Assembly (NCBI GenBank): GCA_965217585.1
Contig: OZ244561.1
Coordinates: 7,104,001-7,168,000 of the forward strand
Source: Candidatus Latescibacterota bacterium
Lineage (GTDB): Bacteria > Latescibacterota > UBA2968 > UBA8231
Length of the DNA stretch: 64,000 nt
Reading direction: 5' to 3'
Shown: positions 57,634 through 64,000 of the stretch, in pieces
Numbering within the stretch: the first letter of the stretch is position 1
How the letters are laid out: each line of letters starts with the position of its first letter
Made by a program: the position numbers and the translations under genes
Notes under the pieces: model-generated
The model's database searches: none
What the model was told of the DNA's origin: nothing
What the model saw: only the letters and a program-made list of their open reading frames with translations

Positions 57634-58971
57634 ATGAGTCCACTCGGCAGCGACCCAGCTACCACCCGCGCCGACCGCACCGAAACCGAGGTCGGCAGCG
57701 TCTTTGTTTCCAACTATCCGGCCTATTCGTTTTGGGGTGAAGAGGACGTCCCGCAGGCACACCGCGCACTCGCTGACCCACCGCGACCCGACACCAAGCT
57801 CGGCCTCTATCTCCACATCCCCTTCTGCCGCAAGCGCTGCAAGTTCTGCTACTTCCGCGTTTACACGGACAAAAACAGCCAACAGATCCAGACCTATCTC
57901 GACGCCCTCGCCCGCGAGGTGGAACACTACGCGCAGCAACCGTCGGTCAAAGACCGGCCGCTGCACTTTATCTACTTTGGCGGCGGCACCCCCTCCTACA
58001 TCAGTTCGCGCCACCTGCGCTCCTTAGTCCAGCGCCTCAAAGACGCCCTGCCCTGGGACCGTGCCGACGAAATCGCCTTTGAATGCGAGCCTGGCACCCT
58101 AACCCAAGCCAAATTAGAAGCCATCCGCGACATCGGCGTCACCCGCCTCAGCTTGGGAATAGAAAACCTCGACGACGAGATTCTGCGCCACAACGGCCGC
58201 GCCCACGTCAGCAAGGAAATCTACCAAGTCATGCCCTGGATCCACGCGCTCGACTTCGATCAGGTCAACGTCGATCTGATCGCCGGCATGGTCGGCGAGA
58301 CCTGGCCGAACTGGCGTCAGACCGTGCAAAAGACCATCGAATTCGACCCCGACAGCGTCACCGTCTATCAGATGGAGCTGCCCTACAACACGGTTTACTC
58401 CAAGGACCTACTCGCTGGCGACGGCGAGCCGCTGGCCTTAGCTGACTGGAAGACCAAGCGCGCCTGGCACGCCTATGCCTTCGAGCAATTGGCCGCCGCT
58501 GGATACGTGCGTTCGAGCGCCTACACCATGAAGAAAACGCCCGACGCCCGCTTCGTGTACCGCGACGCCGTGTGGACCGGCCAAGACATGATCGGCACCG
58601 GCGTCGCCTCCTTTTCGCATCTGGGCGGTGTCCACTACCAGAACGCGCCGCAATGGGACGAGTACCTCGCCACCATCGACCGCGGCGACCTCCCCATCCA
58701 CCGCGCCTTCGCCACCGACCACGAAGAACAACTCACCCGCGAGGTGATTCTGCAACTCAAACTAGGCGCGATCGACACCGCGTATTTTCGCGCCAAATTC
58801 GGGATCGATATCGTCGTCCACTTCGCCGCTGCACTCCGCGGCCTGCGCGACGAAGGCATGCTCCAATTCGACGCCGACGCGATAGCGCTGACCGACGAGG
58901 GCCTCATGCGCGTCGATCAGCTCCTGCCCGACTTTTACCAAACCCAATACCGCAACGCACGCTATACCTAA
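57634..58971 (+). CDS. HemN-like radical SAM protein
   Basis: 'LYLHIPFCRKRCKFC' CxxxCxxC, 'FGGGTPS', 'NVDLIAG'. Start codon uncertain. Confidence 0.88.
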   Translation: MSPLGSDPATTRADRTETEVGSVFVSNYPAYSFWGEEDVPQAHRALADPPRPDTKLGLYLHIPFCRKRCKFCYFRVYTDKNSQQIQTYLDALAREVEHYAQQPSVKDRPLHFIYFGGGTPSYISSRHLRSLVQRLKDALPWDRADEIAFECEPGTLTQAKLEAIRDIGVTRLSLGIENLDDEILRHNGRAHVSKEIYQVMPWIHALDFDQVNVDLIAGMVGETWPNWRQTVQKTIEFDPDSVTVYQMELPYNTVYSKDLLAGDGEPLALADWKTKRAWHAYAFEQLAAAGYVRSSAYTMKKTPDARFVYRDAVWTGQDMIGTGVASFSHLGGVHYQNAPQWDEYLATIDRGDLPIHRAFATDHEEQLTREVILQLKLGAIDTAYFRAKFGIDIVVHFAAALRGLRDEGMLQFDADAIALTDEGLMRVDQLLPDFYQTQYRNARYT

Positions 58972-58984
58972 GTAGGAGGCAGCA

Positions 58985-60238
58985 TTGAAAACCGCGATCT
59001 CACTTCTGCTATTCTTGACCGCTGCCGCACAGGCGGCCGACTGGCCCCAGTGGCGCGGCCCCCAGCGCAACGGCATCTCCAGCGAAACGGACCTACTGCA
59101 AAGTTGGCCGGCCGACGGTCCCGCCGTTCAGTGGCGCACCCCCCTCGGCAATGGCTTTTCCGGCATCTCCATCGCCAACGGCCGGGTCTTCACCATGTTC
59201 GCCCAAGGCGGCGACGAGTTCGCCATCTGCCTCGACGCCGAGACTGGCGCGGAACGCTGGCGTCACCGCACCGGCCCTTACTACAAGGAAACCCAAGGCG
59301 GCGACGGCCCGCGCTCGACGCCCACCGTGGATGGTGAGACCGTCTATGTGCTCGGTGCCACCGGCAAGCTTTTCGCGCTCGCAGCCGCGAGTGGTACGCC
59401 GATCTGGGAAAAGGACTTGGTCGCCGAATTTAGCAGCCAAGTGCCCAGGTGGGGGTTTAGTACCTCCCCATTAGTCGAGGGCAACCTGCTCCTAGTCGAA
59501 GCAGGCGGCCACGACGGCAACTTCGTCGTCGATATGGCCATCGACCGCACAACCCCTGTCACCGCCGTAGCCCTCGACAAGAACACCGGCGCAACCGCTT
59601 GGACCGCCCTCGACGAAAAGATGAGCTATTCATCGCCCATCGCCTTCACTGCGGCCGGCACCCGCCAACTCGCCTATTTCACGGCCTATTCGCTTACCGG
59701 CCTAGCACCGGAAGACGGCCGCGTTTACTGGCGCTACCCTTGGAAAACCCGCTACGACGTCAGCGCGGCTACGCCCGTTTTCATCGCGCCCGACCGAATT
59801 TTTATCTCCACCGTCAACGGCAACGGCGGCACGGTCTTGCAAATCAAGGGCAACGGCGGCAGCCTCGCCGTCGAGCAGGTCTGGCAAAACAAAAAGATGG
59901 AAAACGAGTTCGGCACCTCGGTCCTCTACGAGAACCATCTCTACGGCTTTGGCGGCTCAATCCTCAAGTGCCTCGACGCCGCGACCGGTGAAGAAAAGTG
60001 GAAGACCCGAGGCTACAACAAGGGCACCCTGCTCGTCGCCGATGGCCAGCTCATCGTCCTCGGCGAAGAAGGCCAACTCGGCCTAGTCGAGGCCACGCCA
60101 GCAGCCTTCCGCGAAAAGAGCAAGGCCCAGATCCTCAATAGCCGCTGCTGGACAGTCCCCTCGCTGGCCGACGGCCGGCTCTACGTCCGCGACGAAAGCG
60201 AAATAGTCTGCCTCGACATGCGGGAGTCAGTCCAATGA
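58985..60238 (+). CDS. PQQ-binding-like beta-propeller protein
   Basis: AGGAGG + TTG start; 'DWPQWRGPQRNG', 'GPRSTP', 'YSSP', 'LADGRLYVRD'. Confidence 0.87.
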   Translation: MKTAISLLLFLTAAAQAADWPQWRGPQRNGISSETDLLQSWPADGPAVQWRTPLGNGFSGISIANGRVFTMFAQGGDEFAICLDAETGAERWRHRTGPYYKETQGGDGPRSTPTVDGETVYVLGATGKLFALAAASGTPIWEKDLVAEFSSQVPRWGFSTSPLVEGNLLLVEAGGHDGNFVVDMAIDRTTPVTAVALDKNTGATAWTALDEKMSYSSPIAFTAAGTRQLAYFTAYSLTGLAPEDGRVYWRYPWKTRYDVSAATPVFIAPDRIFISTVNGNGGTVLQIKGNGGSLAVEQVWQNKKMENEFGTSVLYENHLYGFGGSILKCLDAATGEEKWKTRGYNKGTLLVADGQLIVLGEEGQLGLVEATPAAFREKSKAQILNSRCWTVPSLADGRLYVRDESEIVCLDMRESVQ

Positions 60239-61449
60239 AGAAGATATTGGGAACGTCCCTAGCCCTCGTATTATGCTCCTGCTGGCAATCAACGGGCTGG
60301 CCGCAATGGCTCGGCCCCGACCGCAACGGCATCTCGCCAGAGACGGGTTTGTTCGGCAACGAGCTGTCTTTTAAAGAGGCTTGGCGGGTCCAAGGTGGGA
60401 AGGGCTTTTCCGGCCTGTCCATCGTCGGCAATCGCATCTATACGATGTACATCCACAGCGGGGAGGAATTCGCAGTCTGCCTCGACGCCGGCAATGGCGA
60501 AGTGCTGTGGCGCACCCGCACCGACGACAATCTCGTGGAACGGCAGGGCGGCGACGGTCCGCGCGCCACCCCAACCGTTGACGGTGAGACGGTCTATGTC
60601 TTCAGCGCCTATGGCAAACTCCACGCCCTCGACAGCCAGACCGGCACCCAGCAATGGAGCCACGACCTAGTCCGCGAATTCGGTAGCGAGAGGCCCAACT
60701 GGGGTTTTTGCGCGTCGCCGCTGGTCGAAGGGGACCTCGTCCTAATCGAAGCCGGCGGTAAGGATGGCCAGTCGCTGATAGCCTTTGACAAAACCAGTGG
60801 CAAGGTCGCCTGGGCCACTGGCAGCGACAAGACGGGCTACTCCTCTCCCATCGCCACCACCATCGGCCAAATGCGCCAAGCGGTGTTTTTCACCGGTTAC
60901 GGGCTGATCTCGGTCGCGTCGCAACACGGCCGGGTGCTGTGGAAACACCCCTGGAAGACCAGCCACGACATCAACATCGCTACCCCGGTTTTCATCCCGC
61001 CCAACCGCTTCTTTATCTCCTCCGACTACGGCACGGGCGGCTCCGTGGTGGAGGTCAACCTTACAGACGGCGGCTATGAGGTAGCGGAGGTCTGGCGCAA
61101 TAAGGAAATGAAAAATCACTTCGCTACCTCCATCTACTACCAAGGGCACCTCTACGGCTTTGACAGCTCGATCCTCAAATGCCTCGATGCCGAGACCGGG
61201 ACCGAAAAATGGAAGACTCGTGGCTACGGCAAGGGCGCTCTGATCATCGCCGACGGCCACCTCGTCATCTTGGGCGAACAAGGCAATCTCGGCATAGCCG
61301 CAGCCTCACCCGCCGGCTTCGTCGAAAAGGCCAACACCCAGGTCTTCAGCAGCAAATGCTGGACGGCCCCCGCGCTGGCCGACGGCCGGCTCTACCTCCG
61401 CGACGAAAGCGAAATCGTCTGCCTCGACATGCGGGCGTCGGTCCAATGA
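60235..61449 (+). CDS. PQQ-binding-like beta-propeller protein (tandem paralog)
   Basis: Same motifs; ATGA overlap with the upstream gene. Confidence 0.87.
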   Translation: MKKILGTSLALVLCSCWQSTGWPQWLGPDRNGISPETGLFGNELSFKEAWRVQGGKGFSGLSIVGNRIYTMYIHSGEEFAVCLDAGNGEVLWRTRTDDNLVERQGGDGPRATPTVDGETVYVFSAYGKLHALDSQTGTQQWSHDLVREFGSERPNWGFCASPLVEGDLVLIEAGGKDGQSLIAFDKTSGKVAWATGSDKTGYSSPIATTIGQMRQAVFFTGYGLISVASQHGRVLWKHPWKTSHDINIATPVFIPPNRFFISSDYGTGGSVVEVNLTDGGYEVAEVWRNKEMKNHFATSIYYQGHLYGFDSSILKCLDAETGTEKWKTRGYGKGALIIADGHLVILGEQGNLGIAAASPAGFVEKANTQVFSSKCWTAPALADGRLYLRDESEIVCLDMRASVQ

Positions 61450-62687
61450 AGAAGATATTGGGTACGTCCCTAGTCCTCGCCTTGTGTGCCTTTCCAGCCT
61501 TGGCCCAAGATTGGTCGAACTGGCAATCAACGGGCTGGCCGCAATGGCTCGGCCCCGACCGCAACGGCATCTCGCCGGAGACGGGTCTGTTCGGCGACAA
61601 GTCGTCTTTTAAAGAGATTTGGCGGGTCCAAGGCGGGAAGGGCTTTTCCGGCCTGTCCATCGTCGGCGATCGCATCTATACGATGTATATCCACAGCGGG
61701 GAGGAATTCGCAGTCTGCCTCGACGCCGGCAATGGCGAAGTGCTGTGGCGCACCCGCACCGACGACAATCTCGTGGAACGGCAGGGCGGCGACGGTCCGC
61801 GCTCCACCCCCGCCGTTGATGGCGGGATGGTCTATGTCTTCAGCGCCCATGGCAAACTCCACGCCCTCGACAGCCAGACCGGCTCCCGACAATGGAGCCA
61901 CGACCTCGTGAGCGAATTCGGTGGTAAGAAGCCCCGCTGGGGCTTTTCCGCGTCGCCGCTGGTCGAAGGGGACTTAGTCCTAATCGAAGCTGGCGGTAAG
62001 GGCGGCCAATCGCTGATAGCCTTTGATAAAACCAGCGGCGAGGTAGCCTGGAAAACCGGCAGCGACAATCCGGGCTATTCCTCTCCCATCACCACCACCA
62101 TCGGTCAAACGCACCAAGCGGTGTTTTTTACCGGCTACGGGCTGATCTCAGTCGTGCCGCAACACGGCCGAGTGCTGTGGAAACACCCTTGGAAGACCAG
62201 GCACAACGTCAACGCCGCCACTCCGGTTTTCATCCCGCCCAATCGCTTCTTTATCTCCTCCGGCTATGGCACAGGCGGCTCCGTGGTGGAGGTCTCCGCC
62301 ACAGACGGCGGCTATGCGGTAGCCGAGGTCTGGCGCAACAAGGAAATGAAAAATCACTTCGCCACCTCCATCTACTACCAAGGGCACCTCTACGGCTTTG
62401 ATAGCTCGATCCTCAAATGCCTCGACGCCGAGACGGGCACCGAAAAGTGGAAGACCCGGGGCTACGGCAAGGGCAGCCTGATCATCGCCGACGGTCACCT
62501 CGTCATCTTGGGCGAAAAAGGCAATCTCGGCCTAGCCGCAGCCACGCCCGAAGGCTTCGTCGAAAAGGCCAATACTTGGGTCTTCCGCAGCAAATGCTGG
62601 ACGGCTCCCGCGCTGGCCGACGGCCGGCTCTACCTGCGCGACGATAGCGAAATCGTCTGTATAGATGTGGTGGGGGCAGCCCAATGA
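61446..62687 (+). CDS. PQQ-binding-like beta-propeller protein (near-duplicate of 60235-61449)
   Basis: Start MKKILGTSLVL at 61446; long identical DNA stretches shared with the previous gene. Confidence 0.87.
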   Translation: MKKILGTSLVLALCAFPALAQDWSNWQSTGWPQWLGPDRNGISPETGLFGDKSSFKEIWRVQGGKGFSGLSIVGDRIYTMYIHSGEEFAVCLDAGNGEVLWRTRTDDNLVERQGGDGPRSTPAVDGGMVYVFSAHGKLHALDSQTGSRQWSHDLVSEFGGKKPRWGFSASPLVEGDLVLIEAGGKGGQSLIAFDKTSGEVAWKTGSDNPGYSSPITTTIGQTHQAVFFTGYGLISVVPQHGRVLWKHPWKTRHNVNAATPVFIPPNRFFISSGYGTGGSVVEVSATDGGYAVAEVWRNKEMKNHFATSIYYQGHLYGFDSSILKCLDAETGTEKWKTRGYGKGSLIIADGHLVILGEKGNLGLAAATPEGFVEKANTWVFRSKCWTAPALADGRLYLRDDSEIVCIDVVGAAQ

Positions 62688-64000
62688 GGAATTTACGTGG
62701 TACACTGCTGGTTTTTGCTCTGTCACTGACGACAACCCTCGCCCATGCCCAGAGCGCCGACGACTCACTCCACGTCGTCGACGAGACCATTGTCACCGGC
62801 TCGCGCCTGGCCATTCCCCGCGCCAATGCCATCGCCACCAAAATGCCACTGCCCCTGCGCAAAACCCCCTTGAGCGTCGGGATCGTCCCCCAAGCCCTGA
62901 TCGAGACCCAAGACGGCGCGACCCTCAGCGACGCGCTGGCCAATGTCAGCGGCGTCGGCGTCCACACCAACTTTGGCGTCCACGATCTGTTCTATCTGCG
63001 CGGCTTCGACTCGCTCGCCAACGGCTTGGTGCTCTCCGACGGAGTCCCCGAACCCGAAGCGACCTTCTACCAACTCTACAATGTGGATCGCGTCGAAGCC
63101 CTCAAAGGCCCCGGTGCCTTCCTCTACGGCGGCAACCCGCTGTCGGGCACCATCAACCTCGTCCGCAAACGACCAGACCCGGCGAGCAACTTTGCCCGCA
63201 TCAACGCCTCCTTAGGGAGCTTCTCCACCTACCGCGCCACCCTCGACGCTAGCCGCGCCCTATCCGCCCAGGGCCACGCCCTGTGTCTCAACGCCCTATG
63301 GCAGGAAGCGGCAGGCTACCGCGACGATAAAAACAGCTCGATCCTCGCCGTAAACCCAACGCTGCGGCTGGACCTCGGCGAGCGCTCGACGCTGCACCTC
63401 GACTTCGAGTATCTGACGAGCGAACATAGCTCCGACTCGGGGCTGCCCATCGTCGGCGGCGCGCTGCCCGACGTGCCGCGCACCCGCTCCTACCAGTCGC
63501 CCTTCGACCTTTCCGCACAGACCATCCTGCGCTTTCGCGCCAATTATGAATGGCATCTAACGCCTAATTTCACGTTGCGCGACAAACTCTACTACACCAG
63601 CCTCGACTGGCCCTCGCAGGGCACCCTCTTCAACGGAGCCTTCCCCAACGCGGCCGGTTCGCTGGACCTCGCCCGCACGTTGCTCGACCTCGACGACCAG
63701 CAGCGGATCGTCGGCAACCAGCTTGAAGGCCTGCTGGAACTGCAAACCAGCGGTATCGAGCACCAGCTCCTCTTTGGCGTCGAGATCGCCAACCTCGCCG
63801 ACGACTTCACCTTGGACGTGGCGCTGCTTTCGTTCGTCGATCTGTTCACCCTCGACGCGACATTGCCGCCGAGTCTGGCCCCCTTCATGCCAGCGGAAGC
63901 CGGGACCGATTCCCTCGTGGTCCCCCTCCCCGACCAAGCGACAGCCGGCCAGACCGCCGCGCAATCCCTCGCACCCTACTTTGTCGACCGCATAATCTTC
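62684..64000 (+). CDS. TonB-dependent receptor, 5' part (runs off the right edge)
   Basis: MRNLRGTLLV...AHA signal; TonB box 'ETIVTG'; plug 'ATKMPLPLRKTPLSV', 'LRGF', 'DRVEALKGPGAFLYG...GTINLV'. Not in the ORF track because it has no stop. Confidence 0.88.
   Translation, partial: MRNLRGTLLVFALSLTTTLAHAQSADDSLHVVDETIVTGSRLAIPRANAIATKMPLPLRKTPLSVGIVPQALIETQDGATLSDALANVSGVGVHTNFGVHDLFYLRGFDSLANGLVLSDGVPEPEATFYQLYNVDRVEALKGPGAFLYGGNPLSGTINLVRKRPDPASNFARINASLGSFSTYRATLDASRALSAQGHALCLNALWQEAAGYRDDKNSSILAVNPTLRLDLGERSTLHLDFEYLTSEHSSDSGLPIVGGALPDVPRTRSYQSPFDLSAQTILRFRANYEWHLTPNFTLRDKLYYTSLDWPSQGTLFNGAFPNAAGSLDLARTLLDLDDQQRIVGNQLEGLLELQTSGIEHQLLFGVEIANLADDFTLDVALLSFVDLFTLDATLPPSLAPFMPAEAGTDSLVVPLPDQATAGQTAAQSLAPYFVDRIIF

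Noticed and set aside
1-64000. tRNA, rRNA, transposase or integrase genes
   Set aside because: None recognised by eye; a covariance-model scan would be needed to exclude small RNAs.

Overview
A GC-rich bacterial chromosome segment. Many PhyH dioxygenases, sulfatases, amidohydrolases, PQQ-type beta-propellers and a secreted protein ending in '-TAVETDSWGAIK-' suggest a Latescibacterota/Poribacteria-like, possibly sponge-associated organism (inference only). 1-23.7 kb holds catabolic genes interspersed with small toxin-antitoxin-like genes and gene stubs. 23.7-49.7 kb is a defence island with a hybrid CRISPR-Cas locus: type I-G (csb1, csb2, cas3, csb3), a minimal type III module (HD-less cas10 with intact GGDD, csm2, csm3, csm4; no csm5 or cas6), an APE2256/CARF protein, cas4-cas1, cas2, an array of about 90 repeats, and two Phd-VapC pairs flanking a degenerate mini-array. 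Main unusual signals: (1) a minus-strand repeat-spacer-repeat unit upstream of the cas operon whose spacer matches a TTC-PAM site about 70 bp away, in front of a small ORF (CreA/CreR-like control); (2) a whole phosphoribosyltransferase domain inserted in frame into Csb2, with an overlapping small ORF that has a stand-alone paralog 3 kb upstream; (3) a one-base shift of the repeat boundary part-way along the array; (4) an orphan spacer-like sequence matching this locus's own cas10. 49.7-64 kb holds three PhyH genes, decaying methyltransferases, an ABC exporter and a propeller/radical-SAM/TonB-receptor operon. All calls come from reading motifs by eye; no database search was run.
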